From Candidatus Parcubacteria bacterium (GTDB taxonomy: Bacteria; Patescibacteriota; Minisyncoccia; UBA9983): 64,000 bases of DNA. This document shows positions 35,429 through 45,477 of this stretch, piece after piece; positions within the stretch are counted from its first letter, which is position 1; the number at the start of each line of letters is the position of its first letter. The stretch covers positions 1,690 to 65,689 of the forward strand of contig QZIU01000008.1 of the NCBI GenBank assembly GCA_003599625.1, in the 5' to 3' direction. The notes beneath the pieces are model-generated. The model was not told where the DNA came from. It saw only the letters and a list, made by a program, of their open reading frames with translations, and made no database searches. A program made the translations under genes and the position numbers.

Positions 35429-37303
35429 ATGTGCGGAATAGCCGGGTCAAATGATGAAAATTTTATATTAGGAAAAAACGATCTTAAGCATAGAGGACCG
35501 GATTCTTTTAACGCTTTTAAAGAAAGGGGAATGAATTTTTACCACTGGCGGCTGGCGATAATTGATCCGACTGAAAACGGCAATCAACCCATATTCAATG
35601 AAGATAAAACAATATCGGCTATCTTTAATGGAGAAATTTATAATTATCTGGAGCTTAGGGATAAATATCTCAAAAAACATCAATTTTATACTAATACCGA
35701 CACAGAAGTAATAGTCCACATGTATGAGGAATTCGGAGAGCGATTCGTGGATTATCTAAACGGGGACTTTGCCATATCGCTTTGGGACAATAAAACCAAT
35801 ACACTTTTTTTATATAGGGATCGCCTGGGTATAAAGCCTCTTTATTATACGTCAGAAAGAGGAAAGTTATATTTTGCTTCTGAAATAAAACCGCTCTTAA
35901 AAGCGGCTCATTTAAAGCAAGATAGGGAATTGGATTTCTGTTCCATTGATTCTTATCTGAGATATCGTTACATACTCAGCCCGGAGGATACTTTTTTTAA
36001 AAGAATAAAAAAACTTTTGCCCGGTCATTTTCTTGTGTGGAACACTTGCCAATTTGAGATAAAAAAATATTGGGATGTGAAATTTTTGCCAAATCCGGCA
36101 ATAAGAAAAGAGGAATATGTTGCCAAATTTGCCTCTTTATTTTCCGATTCTGTTCGTTTAAGGATGATATCGGATGTTCCCGTGGGCGCCTATTTAAGCG
36201 GCGGTATCGATTCCAACAGCGTAGTTGCGGAGATGAAGAAACATAACATGGCGGAATACCCGATAAGAACTTTTTCAATAGGTTTCAAGGGGAGTACAGA
36301 TGAAACATTTTTAGCCAGTAAATATGCCGCGTTTCATGGGACTAACCATCAAAGTTTTTATTTAAAACCAGATGATTATAAATGCTATAAGGAATTGGTT
36401 CATTATTTAGACGAACTCGTGGGAGATCCAATTATTTTACCTACCTACATTCTTTCCAAAATGGCTTCCGAAACCGTAAAGGTTGTGCTTACCGGCGAGG
36501 GTGCCGATGAAATCCTCGGAAGCTATATTCATCATTATGCCGTTTACTATGTCTCCAAATATTGGACAGTTTTGCCAAATATTTTTAAAAATATCTTCAT
36601 CGTTATAATGAAGTTAATACCGCACAATATCTTTAACAAAATTTTTCCTTATCCCGCCGATCTTGGAAAGAATGGGAAAGAAAAGGTAATTGCTTTTTTA
36701 AAAAACAGCAAGGGAAATCTGAAGATTGCCGACTTGATAGAACTTTTTAATGAAGACGAGAGGAAGAAATTGTTTAATATTGACCTAAATATTTTTCATT
36801 TTGACAGATCAAGGAATAATATAGATTCCCGATCCATTAATGACCTTCTGACCTTTGACTTGAAACATTGGCTTCCAAACTATACTTTACTAAAACAAGA
36901 CCGCCTGGCAATGGCGAACGGAATCGAAAGCAGAAGTCCTTTTCTCGACCATCGGCTTGTAGAACTAGTTTCTCAAATCCCGGATAATCTAAGGGTTAAA
37001 AATTTTAAAACTAAAGTTATTTTGCGGCAAGCTATGTCAAAAAAACTGACCAAAAAAATCACCAAAGCAAAGAAAAAGGCCTTTTATTTGCCGCTTACTG
37101 CTGTTTTTGACGAGAACTTCTGGTTGTTTGTTAAGGATATATTGTCCAAAAAAAATATTGAAAAAATAGGTATTTTAAACTACACTTATATAAACCAGCT
37201 ATTAGGAGAGGAAAAAAATTTATTAAATACAAAGAAAATTTTCAATATTTTCCTTCTCCAGCTTTGGTTTGATGAATTTATAGCTTCGGATAAAAAAATA
37301 TGA
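35429..37303 (+). CDS. asnB: Asparagine synthase-like glutamine amidotransferase
   Basis: MCGIAG, HRGPD, FNGEIYN, LSGGIDS, GEGADE. Confidence 0.93.
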   Translation: MCGIAGSNDENFILGKNDLKHRGPDSFNAFKERGMNFYHWRLAIIDPTENGNQPIFNEDKTISAIFNGEIYNYLELRDKYLKKHQFYTNTDTEVIVHMYEEFGERFVDYLNGDFAISLWDNKTNTLFLYRDRLGIKPLYYTSERGKLYFASEIKPLLKAAHLKQDRELDFCSIDSYLRYRYILSPEDTFFKRIKKLLPGHFLVWNTCQFEIKKYWDVKFLPNPAIRKEEYVAKFASLFSDSVRLRMISDVPVGAYLSGGIDSNSVVAEMKKHNMAEYPIRTFSIGFKGSTDETFLASKYAAFHGTNHQSFYLKPDDYKCYKELVHYLDELVGDPIILPTYILSKMASETVKVVLTGEGADEILGSYIHHYAVYYVSKYWTVLPNIFKNIFIVIMKLIPHNIFNKIFPYPADLGKNGKEKVIAFLKNSKGNLKIADLIELFNEDERKKLFNIDLNIFHFDRSRNNIDSRSINDLLTFDLKHWLPNYTLLKQDRLAMANGIESRSPFLDHRLVELVSQIPDNLRVKNFKTKVILRQAMSKKLTKKITKAKKKAFYLPLTAVFDENFWLFVKDILSKKNIEKIGILNYTYINQLLGEEKNLLNTKKIFNIFLLQLWFDEFIASDKKI

Positions 37304-38118
37304 AGACAGTGGAAGAAGTAAAAAATTACTGGAGCAGAAACCCATTGTTCAGCTTGGAGGTAAAAAACCCCGGATCTCCTGATTTTTTTAACGCAATCGA
37401 TGAAATAAAAAAAAGAGATGTGGAATCTTTCGCCATGAATTACTGGGATTTTAAAGGCTTTAACGGCAAGAAGGTATTGGATGCGGGATGCGGGCCTGGT
37501 TGGCTGACAGTAAGCTATGCGGTGGAAAAAGCCGAGGTTTATTCTGTTGATTTGACAAAGGCAGCGGTTGAACTGACTAGAAAGTTTTTGGATCATAAAA
37601 AAGCTTTTGCTTATGTGGAAGAAGGAAGCGTTGAAAAGCTAAAATTCGAAAATAACTTCTTTGATTTGGTTGTCAGTTCCGGAGTGATACATCATACTCC
37701 TGATCTTGGAAAGGGTTTTAGAGAATGTTTTAGGGTTTTAAAACCCGGAGGGGTTGCAAAGATTACTCTTTATCATAAGGGCATCTTGCACAACAAATTT
37801 GTTTTTCCAGTGATTAGGTTTGCTATGAAAATGATAAATTTCAATAGACCTGGAGCCAATCTGCCTTCTGCAAAAGACGCTGATGATTTTATAAGACAAT
37901 ACGATGGTCTAAATAACCCGGTTGGTATAGGAATGAACGCTTCCAGTTGGTCTGATGAGCTTAAAAAAGCCGGTTTTGTCATAGAAAATTTTGAACTGCA
38001 TTTTTTTCCTAAAAGATTTATCCCTTTTGGCCAGCTTATTCCTGTGTGGTTTCATTATTTGTTGGATCGTTATTTTGGGACAATGATCTACTTTAATTTG
38101 CGCAAACCCAATAACTAA
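37300..38118 (+). CDS. Class I SAM-dependent methyltransferase
   Basis: LDAGCGPG, GVIHHTP, RVLKPGG. Confidence 0.9.
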   Translation: MKTVEEVKNYWSRNPLFSLEVKNPGSPDFFNAIDEIKKRDVESFAMNYWDFKGFNGKKVLDAGCGPGWLTVSYAVEKAEVYSVDLTKAAVELTRKFLDHKKAFAYVEEGSVEKLKFENNFFDLVVSSGVIHHTPDLGKGFRECFRVLKPGGVAKITLYHKGILHNKFVFPVIRFAMKMINFNRPGANLPSAKDADDFIRQYDGLNNPVGIGMNASSWSDELKKAGFVIENFELHFFPKRFIPFGQLIPVWFHYLLDRYFGTMIYFNLRKPNN

Positions 38119-38121
38119 GAC

Positions 38122-38997
38122 ATGCATGTATCCATAATATTGCCTGCCTATAACGAAGAAGAAGCTATCGGTAAAGTGATAGACGATGTTACATTTGCAA
38201 TGAATAATTCTTCGTACAAAGATGAGTATGAAATCTTGGTAATAGACGACGTGTCGCAAGATTCAACCGCAGAAATAGCCCAAACTAAAGCCGCAAGAGT
38301 AATAAAAAGAAAAGTTCGGGGAGGGTCGGGCGCCAGCAGAAAGACCGGAATTCTTGAGTCAAAGGGCGAAATAATAGTAATGCTTGATGCGGATGACACC
38401 TATACGGCTTCCGATATACCTAAAATGCTGGAATTTTTTCCAGAATACGACCAGGTTAACGGAGCGAGAGATTCCGAGAAAGGGACTATTAAATTTTTAC
38501 GAGTCCCCACTAAATGGGTTATACGAAAGATTGCTTCTTATTTAACCGGCGTAAACATACCGGATCTAAATACGGGATTTAAAGCTTTTAAAAAAGAATT
38601 AATGCTAAAGTACATGTGGGTCATACCCGATGGGTTTAGTTGCGTTACAACGATGACCCTGGCTTTTTTGTGCAATGGGCACAGCGTAAAATATTTGCCC
38701 ACAAATTACAAAAAAAGAAAGGGGTCTTCCAAATTTCATATCGTTAAAGATACTTCGAAATATCTGCAGACAGTTATCCGAATGATAATATACTTTAATC
38801 CGTTAAAGTTCTTTTTGCCGTTTTTTGTTGTCGTGTTTAGTATCGGCATTTTAAAGGTTTTAGTTGAGTTTATTTGGCTTAGCCATCGCGTTCAAGCTTC
38901 CAGTATCATAATCATATTGGCAAGCGTGAATATTTTCTTTTTCGGCGTGATTGCCGATCTTTTGGTCAGTCAACAGAAGGCCAGGAATAATGCCTAA
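38122..38997 (+). CDS. GT2 polyprenol-phosphate glycosyltransferase with C-terminal TMs
   Basis: LPAYNEE, DADDTY, DLNTGFK. Confidence 0.9.
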   Translation: MHVSIILPAYNEEEAIGKVIDDVTFAMNNSSYKDEYEILVIDDVSQDSTAEIAQTKAARVIKRKVRGGSGASRKTGILESKGEIIVMLDADDTYTASDIPKMLEFFPEYDQVNGARDSEKGTIKFLRVPTKWVIRKIASYLTGVNIPDLNTGFKAFKKELMLKYMWVIPDGFSCVTTMTLAFLCNGHSVKYLPTNYKKRKGSSKFHIVKDTSKYLQTVIRMIIYFNPLKFFLPFFVVVFSIGILKVLVEFIWLSHRVQASSIIIILASVNIFFFGVIADLLVSQQKARNNA

Positions 38998-39002
38998 TTT
39001 TA

Positions 39003-40595
39003 ATGAGTATTGAAAATATTTTAATAAATTCGGTAAAAAAAACACTCTCTTGCCTTGATACAAACACATATTCGGAAACTTTTGGTTGTTTTGATAGAGA
39101 TTTTTGGCATTACAAAACCCTCAGGGATTTTCCCTCCGCAACCTATCAACAAAGCGTTTTAACATTGGCGCTCGTTTTTAAAAATGATTTTCCCGGGAAT
39201 ATCTTTTTTAAAAATCAAAGATGCTTGGAATTTATAACAGCCGGCATAAAATACTGGTCGAGAATACAGAACAAAGACGGGTCTTTTAATGAATGGTTCC
39301 CCAACGAACATAGTCATGTCGCGACCGCATTTACAACTTATGCGGTCACGGAAACGCTGTTGCTCTTGAAAGAAGATTTAGAAATTTCTAAAGGTGTCTT
39401 AGAGAGCATCAAAAAAGCCGCCGATTGGTTGTCCAATAATTCTGATTTTTTGGTTACAAATCATGCTGCCGGAGCTGCCGTTGCTTTGTATAATAGCTTC
39501 TTAATCACTCAAGAAAAAAAATATTTGGATTCATCAAGAAAAGAAATTGAAATAGTTTTAGGCAATCAGGACAAAGAGGGTTGGTATTTGGAATATGATG
39601 GTTGCGATCCAGGTTATTTGAGTGTAACGGTTGACTTCTTGGCAAGGTATTATCATAAGTCAGGCGATCAGCATGTTTTTGATTCCTTAGCCAGCGCGAT
39701 TAAATTCATGAAATATTTTCTTCATCCTGACGGATCTTACGGGGGAGAATACGGTTCAAGAAACACTAAATATATGTTTACCGGCGGTTTAACTTTTCTT
39801 TTTGAAAAACTTCCGGAAGCAAAAAAAATATTTAACGAATATTGGGAAAAAAGATGCTTCGATGTTGGATTTTCCTCTGATGATCGGTATTTATTTTTTT
39901 TCTTTCTGCCCAATTATCTCGAAACTTTTTTATTTGTTGAGAAAAATAGCAAGAATAAACCGGAAGAGAAAAAAGAGAATCAGGAATTTTTTGAAAAAAA
40001 CTTTCAAAGCGCGGGAATTTATGCCAAAAAGACCGAAAAATTCCATATCGTAATAAATTACAACAAAGGGGGAATCATAAAAATTTTTTCAAATGCAAAT
40101 GGAGAGATGATCTACAGCGACACGGGATATTTAATAAAAACAAATAAAGGCATATATCATTCGCAAGGCTCAAGGAAGTCGAATAATACTTTTCAAAAAA
40201 ATGTCGCCACAAAGAAATTTTCTATTCAGAATAATTTTGTTTTGCTTAAGAACAAACACCCCCTTAAGAAGAGTTTGATTTTTTTCAGATTGTTTAATTA
40301 TACATTTGGAAAAAACAACAAGATAATGAGCGCCTTCAACAAAGCTTTAAAAAAGAGGATGATTCTAAGGGAAAAAACGGCAAAGATCAAGCTGATCAGG
40401 AAAATTGAAATTCAAGCAAAATCTGTTAAGATAGAAGACGAGATTATAAATAATTCTAATTTGATCATAATAGAGAAAAAAAGGACAAGCGTTTTTTCTT
40501 CTCGACACGTTCCTTCTTCAAGAATTTTTAGAAGTAATGACTTTTTTTCTCCGGAGATAAGCGGGGCGGAAAAAATTTTAGAAATAAAATTTTAA
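39003..40595 (+). CDS. Hypothetical protein, probable (alpha/alpha) toroid enzyme
   Basis: QNKDGSF, QDKEGWYLEY, HPDGSYGG repeats typical of helical-barrel folds. Confidence 0.7.
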   Translation: MSIENILINSVKKTLSCLDTNTYSETFGCFDRDFWHYKTLRDFPSATYQQSVLTLALVFKNDFPGNIFFKNQRCLEFITAGIKYWSRIQNKDGSFNEWFPNEHSHVATAFTTYAVTETLLLLKEDLEISKGVLESIKKAADWLSNNSDFLVTNHAAGAAVALYNSFLITQEKKYLDSSRKEIEIVLGNQDKEGWYLEYDGCDPGYLSVTVDFLARYYHKSGDQHVFDSLASAIKFMKYFLHPDGSYGGEYGSRNTKYMFTGGLTFLFEKLPEAKKIFNEYWEKRCFDVGFSSDDRYLFFFFLPNYLETFLFVEKNSKNKPEEKKENQEFFEKNFQSAGIYAKKTEKFHIVINYNKGGIIKIFSNANGEMIYSDTGYLIKTNKGIYHSQGSRKSNNTFQKNVATKKFSIQNNFVLLKNKHPLKKSLIFFRLFNYTFGKNNKIMSAFNKALKKRMILREKTAKIKLIRKIEIQAKSVKIEDEIINNSNLIIIEKKRTSVFSSRHVPSSRIFRSNDFFSPEISGAEKILEIKF

Positions 40596-40606
40596 ATAAT
40601 CAAAAG

Positions 40607-42064
40607 ATGACTAATCCAAAAACATTATTGCTTGTTCCTCCTTCAAAATTTAGCAAGAATGTTGCCAGGGATCTTGTCTATGGCTGCTGGTGCAAAGGGA
40701 AAAGGATAGCGGGGGTTACTTTCCCGCCGGTATCTTTGGCCATGATCGCAACCGTTCTAAGAAAAAACGGATTGGATGCGGACGTTCTCGATGCTGCCGG
40801 AGAAGGCTTGGGATTGGATGAAGTATTAAAAGAAACATCGCAATACGATTTTTGCATTATGTTGACTTCATCCATGACTCTTAATGAAGATGCCGAAATA
40901 CTTGATACTGTCAAAAGAAATAATCCAAGAATAATAACTGTTGTTTTTGGGGGACATGTAACTGCGGAGCCAAAGAGCACTCTCTCCAGAAAGGGTATTG
41001 ACATTGTCGTCAGGAGGGAGGCCGAGTTTATTATAAAGGACATTGTTTCATCCTTTAGGTCGGGCGATGATTGGCGGAAAATCATGGGCATCTCCCATAT
41101 GGATGACGGCAAGTATTACGAAAACCCGCCATACCCTTTGATCGAGAATCTTGATGATTTATCCGTTCCTGATCGGCAATTGCTTTCCGAAAAAATAGAT
41201 TACTTTAATCCATTGGTAAAAAGAATGCCTTATACCACCATGTTTACAAGCCGAGGTTGTCCCGGAGCCTGCACTTTTTGTTCTTCGCCGACTTTTTATG
41301 GCAGAAGTATCAGGTTTATGAGCGCAAATCGCGTGCTGGAAGAGATGAAGGAGTGCGCCAAGCTGGGGTATAGGGAAATTTTCTTTCGTGATGAAATTTT
41401 CACCGCTTCTAAGAGCAGGGTGATTGAAATTTGCGAAGGAATCAAAAAAGCGAAGCTGGATATTTCTTGGATATGCAGTTCTCGAATAAATACCATAGAT
41501 AAGGAGATGATGGTAAAAATGAAAGAAGCCGGTTGTCATATGATAAGATTCGGGGTTGAGTCCGGCTGTCAGGAGTTGCTCAATAATGTTAAAAAGGGAA
41601 TCAAAGTGGAAAAGATAAAAGAAGTTTTTAGGTGGGCGAGAGAGGTTAGGTTGGACACTCATGCCCATATGATGATTGGCATACCTGGAGAAAGCCATGA
41701 GACACTAAAAAGAACTTTAAGATTTTTAAAAGAAATTAAACCCACCACCGTAACTTTCGGAATATTGACGCCTTATGCCGGGACGGAACTTTTTGATAAA
41801 CTGAAGGAGTATCATCCGGAAATGGGCGATGGCACCACGATGGATGTTTCAAAGCTGCATACCCACGCTTATTATAATGAGTATTTTACCAAGCTGACCG
41901 CCACAGAACTGCAAAAGTACATAAGAAAGGTTTACAGGAATTTTTATCTTAATCCGCGATATATAATTAGAAGACTAGTCAGTATAAGAAATAAAGACGA
42001 GTTTAAGAGAACGGTTTTAGCCGGTCTTGATGTGTTTAATTTTGTTTTCGGCAAAGATGATTAA
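40607..42064 (+). CDS. Cobalamin-binding radical SAM protein (HpnJ-like N-terminus)
   Basis: PPVSLA, GGHVT, SRGCPGACTFC, FGVESG. Confidence 0.92.
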   Translation: MTNPKTLLLVPPSKFSKNVARDLVYGCWCKGKRIAGVTFPPVSLAMIATVLRKNGLDADVLDAAGEGLGLDEVLKETSQYDFCIMLTSSMTLNEDAEILDTVKRNNPRIITVVFGGHVTAEPKSTLSRKGIDIVVRREAEFIIKDIVSSFRSGDDWRKIMGISHMDDGKYYENPPYPLIENLDDLSVPDRQLLSEKIDYFNPLVKRMPYTTMFTSRGCPGACTFCSSPTFYGRSIRFMSANRVLEEMKECAKLGYREIFFRDEIFTASKSRVIEICEGIKKAKLDISWICSSRINTIDKEMMVKMKEAGCHMIRFGVESGCQELLNNVKKGIKVEKIKEVFRWAREVRLDTHAHMMIGIPGESHETLKRTLRFLKEIKPTTVTFGILTPYAGTELFDKLKEYHPEMGDGTTMDVSKLHTHAYYNEYFTKLTATELQKYIRKVYRNFYLNPRYIIRRLVSIRNKDEFKRTVLAGLDVFNFVFGKDD

Positions 42065-43394
42065 AAGAGAAAAAAAAATAATAATATTGATCACAATCGC
42101 AATTTTTATTTTTTCACTGGCGATTTCTTTTACCCTCAGGATCCCGCCTGAAGTTGATGCCAGGGCTTACGATAGAATTGCGGTTAATCTTATAAACGGA
42201 AGCGGTTACATTGAGGATGCCGGAAAAAACCTTGCAGACGATTTTTCCATCGCGAGAGTCGGTCCTGGCTACGAATTCTTCCTTGCCGGAATTTATAAAA
42301 TATTTGGTCATCGATATTGGGTTGTTTGGTTTTTCCAGGCATTATTGCACGCCTTAACCGCATTTCTTGTCTACGAAATATCAAAGAGAATATTTAAAAG
42401 CCAATGGAGATCAACGGCTGGATATCTGGCGGCTTTGCTAGTTGGTTTTTCGCCAGACTTGCTCTTGGCAAGCTCAATGTTGTTGACGGAAACTTTGGGT
42501 ATTTTTCTTATGGTGTCGGCTGTATATTTATTTTTTAGATATTTTGATGATAACAGGCTTATAATTCTTGTTGCTTCGGCCATTTTTTTTGGAGTTGCCG
42601 TGCTTACCCGCTCCCAATTGGTTGTATTCTTGCCGATCTTCGCGGCTCCCTTGCTCTTTAAAAAAGAGTGGATGAGGGTGACTATTTTTATTCTGCTATT
42701 GGCTGCAATTTTTGCCCCATGGGTTGCAAGGAATTACAAAGTTTACAACGAGTTTATACCGTTTAACGCTTCCTTAGGCTACAACCTCTGGGGTGGAAAT
42801 CACATTGGGGCCAGCGGGGAAATGGAGACAAATTACGCGCCTTTGATAGAATACGCGGTAAATCATATGCCTATTGAGGTTAATGAAGAAGGAGTTTCCA
42901 AATTTAAAGAGTTTCTTATTGATCATCCTGTTGATTTTATAAAATTGATCGGGAAAAAGATTTCAATATTTTTCAGTTTCAGCAGGCCGACTGGTTTTTG
43001 GCCGACCCTATATCCTTTCCAGCAGGCAGCCATCGCCTTCTTTTCGCTGATTTATTCCGTCTTGATATTTGGCTTGGGGATTTCCGGGGGCGTATTGATG
43101 GTAAAAAAACTTAAAACGATGGATCAGTCGGAGAAGATCAAGACAATTTTCGCCCTTGCCATGGCAGTATTGATACCTCTTTCCGTTATTGTTATTTTAG
43201 TGGAAAGTCGGTACAGGTATCCGATATATCCTTTTATGGCGATTTTTGCCGGATATTTGGCATCACACAAGAATGAAGTTTTTAAAAATCTTAAATATCC
43301 CTTGATGGTTTTTGCTATATTGTTTTTAAATTCTTTTTTTGATTTTTTTGCGAATTTTGAAAGATTTTGGGATAAATTTAAAGAAATTCTTTAA
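42057..43394 (+). CDS. GT-C (ArnT/PMT-like) membrane glycosyltransferase
   Basis: DARAY, PGY..FLA, LTETL, PWVARNY, RYRYP. Confidence 0.87.
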   Translation: MIKREKKIIILITIAIFIFSLAISFTLRIPPEVDARAYDRIAVNLINGSGYIEDAGKNLADDFSIARVGPGYEFFLAGIYKIFGHRYWVVWFFQALLHALTAFLVYEISKRIFKSQWRSTAGYLAALLVGFSPDLLLASSMLLTETLGIFLMVSAVYLFFRYFDDNRLIILVASAIFFGVAVLTRSQLVVFLPIFAAPLLFKKEWMRVTIFILLLAAIFAPWVARNYKVYNEFIPFNASLGYNLWGGNHIGASGEMETNYAPLIEYAVNHMPIEVNEEGVSKFKEFLIDHPVDFIKLIGKKISIFFSFSRPTGFWPTLYPFQQAAIAFFSLIYSVLIFGLGISGGVLMVKKLKTMDQSEKIKTIFALAMAVLIPLSVIVILVESRYRYPIYPFMAIFAGYLASHKNEVFKNLKYPLMVFAILFLNSFFDFFANFERFWDKFKEIL

Positions 43395-43396
43395 TT

Positions 43397-44002
43397 ATGA
43401 CGCAAAACTACATCAAGCCCGGCTATATTACCAAGGATCGCTGGAATAATTATTGGTATCAAATCGATAGCTTGAAAAGATTTAGAAATGCCAAGACAGT
43501 TTTAGAGATTGGACCTGGTAATAAAGTCGTAAACGATATGTTGAAGAAGCTCGGTTTCTTGGCGAAATCTGTTGATGTAGACAAGTCGGTTTCTCCGGAT
43601 TACATAGCATCCGCGGAAAAAATTCCCGTGGATGATAAAAGTTATGATTTGGTTTTAGCCGCAGAGATAATAGAACATCTTCCTTTTGAAAAAGTTGACG
43701 AAGTTTTGGAAGAAATCAAGAGGATTGCCAAGACAGGGGCTGTAATTTCTCTCCCGCACTCCGGCTATACGCTTTCTTTGGGCTTTAAAGTTCCTCTTAT
43801 AAAGTGGAAATTCGGAATTTTAAAAATCCCGCACTTTTGGCGAAGAAAAACTTCCACAGAAGAGCACTTCTGGGAACTTGGATTAAGGAATTATCCGGTC
43901 AGGAAATTTAAAAAAATTCTTAAAAAGGCAGGTTTTAAAATAATTAATAATTTTATTGGGCACGATGACCCATCCCACATTTTCTTTGTCTTGGAACTAT
44001 GA
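43397..44002 (+). CDS. Class I SAM-dependent methyltransferase
   Basis: LEIGPG, EIIEHLPF, HFWELG. Confidence 0.87.
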   Translation: MTQNYIKPGYITKDRWNNYWYQIDSLKRFRNAKTVLEIGPGNKVVNDMLKKLGFLAKSVDVDKSVSPDYIASAEKIPVDDKSYDLVLAAEIIEHLPFEKVDEVLEEIKRIAKTGAVISLPHSGYTLSLGFKVPLIKWKFGILKIPHFWRRKTSTEEHFWELGLRNYPVRKFKKILKKAGFKIINNFIGHDDPSHIFFVLEL

Positions 44003-45477
44003 CAAGTGTTCAAAAAAAGGACTTGTTTTTAATCGGGATTTTATTAGCCATAACTGGTTTTTTCTTTTTTAACGATTTTTTAACGGCTCCCAGGGTTGCC
44101 TGGGACGAGGGATTAAATCTTAACCTCGCCAAAAATCTGGCAGAATTTGGCAAGTGGCAGGTACAGGAATCGCCCGGCCAATTTTCCGGGCAAACTCATT
44201 TTTATTCAACCGGGTGGACAATCCTTTTTCCGTCCGCCGTTATTTTTAAAATTTTTGGCGTCAGTTTTATGGCGGGCAGATTGATGATGTTTGCTTACTT
44301 GACTGGGTTCTTGATATTATCTTTCTTTTTGGGAAAAATGTGGTTTGGAAGGAGCGCGGCTTTTCTTGGAGTCCTTTTAATAGCCGTATTTACTCCCGTT
44401 TATACTTACGGCAAGCCCCTTTTGGGAGAAATACCAAGCTTGTTCTGGCTGGTTCTTGGTATCTTGCTTTTTGAAAAATTAAAGCAAAAATGGCAATGGC
44501 AACATGCCGCATTGACCGGATTTTGCTTTGGAGCAGCAGCCGCTTCAAAGTTAACATATGTAATCTTATTTTCTCCCGTTGTTGCGATAATGGCTTTAAC
44601 ATACTTTGCCAGAAAGAAAGTCTCATTAATTTGGTTGCTATTTTTTACCCTTTCCTTTTTTGTGGCAATTGCTCCCGTCTTATGGTTTTCTTTCTCTTTT
44701 GCTGTCTTAAATTCCTCATTTGGCGAAGTAATTTCATTTTATTCAAACAATCATGCTTCCAGTTGCCTCTCCTGCGACGTGAAAAATAATTTCATAAAGT
44801 TTTTTACTTCCAAAAGTCTCCTTTATACCGGTGTATTGATGATGATTGCTATTTTGGGGGCGTTAAAAATCTTTATCAAAAACAAGACTTTGCATTACGC
44901 CGTTTGGGGAGCCGGTTTGTATGGACTGTTAACTCTGACTTACTTCTTTAAAAGTCCCGGGGTTGTCAGATATCTTTTGCCGATACAAATCATCGTAATT
45001 TTTGTCGCTCCGTTTTTAATTATTAGGCTGGCTGACAATTTATCAGAAGTTATTAAAAATAAAATTTTTTTAAAAAGGCTTGGTTGGGCGCTCATTGCTT
45101 TGCTTGTTTTATTCAATCTTTACTCAATTATAATCTCAGGTTATGCCACTTCATCATCAGCTCCCGTTGAGATGGAAAAGTATGTAAAGAATTATTTGCC
45201 CAAAGAAGGGATGGTGGGCGTTATTAATCTTCCCGCTTTAGCCGCGGTTATCCCTTCTCATAGATTGATAAACTACATAAGAATAGACAATCAAACAGAC
45301 AGAGCGGTGGGGATCAACCCCCTTGCATTTAACAAAGAAGAAATGCCAGAATTTTTGATTTTTGACGAGTCTAACGGAAAAACAGAAAAAGATCTCAGGC
45401 CATTCAATGACAAGCTGGAGAATTTATATGCAAAAATTTTTGAAGCTGAAAAGTATAAAATTTTTCAATTAAAATGA
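43999..45477 (+). CDS. GT-C (ArnT/PMT-like) glycosyltransferase, paralog of 32529
   Basis: WDEG..AKNLA, STG, LGEIP; multi-TM. Confidence 0.86.
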   Translation: MTSVQKKDLFLIGILLAITGFFFFNDFLTAPRVAWDEGLNLNLAKNLAEFGKWQVQESPGQFSGQTHFYSTGWTILFPSAVIFKIFGVSFMAGRLMMFAYLTGFLILSFFLGKMWFGRSAAFLGVLLIAVFTPVYTYGKPLLGEIPSLFWLVLGILLFEKLKQKWQWQHAALTGFCFGAAAASKLTYVILFSPVVAIMALTYFARKKVSLIWLLFFTLSFFVAIAPVLWFSFSFAVLNSSFGEVISFYSNNHASSCLSCDVKNNFIKFFTSKSLLYTGVLMMIAILGALKIFIKNKTLHYAVWGAGLYGLLTLTYFFKSPGVVRYLLPIQIIVIFVAPFLIIRLADNLSEVIKNKIFLKRLGWALIALLVLFNLYSIIISGYATSSSAPVEMEKYVKNYLPKEGMVGVINLPALAAVIPSHRLINYIRIDNQTDRAVGINPLAFNKEEMPEFLIFDESNGKTEKDLRPFNDKLENLYAKIFEAEKYKIFQLK

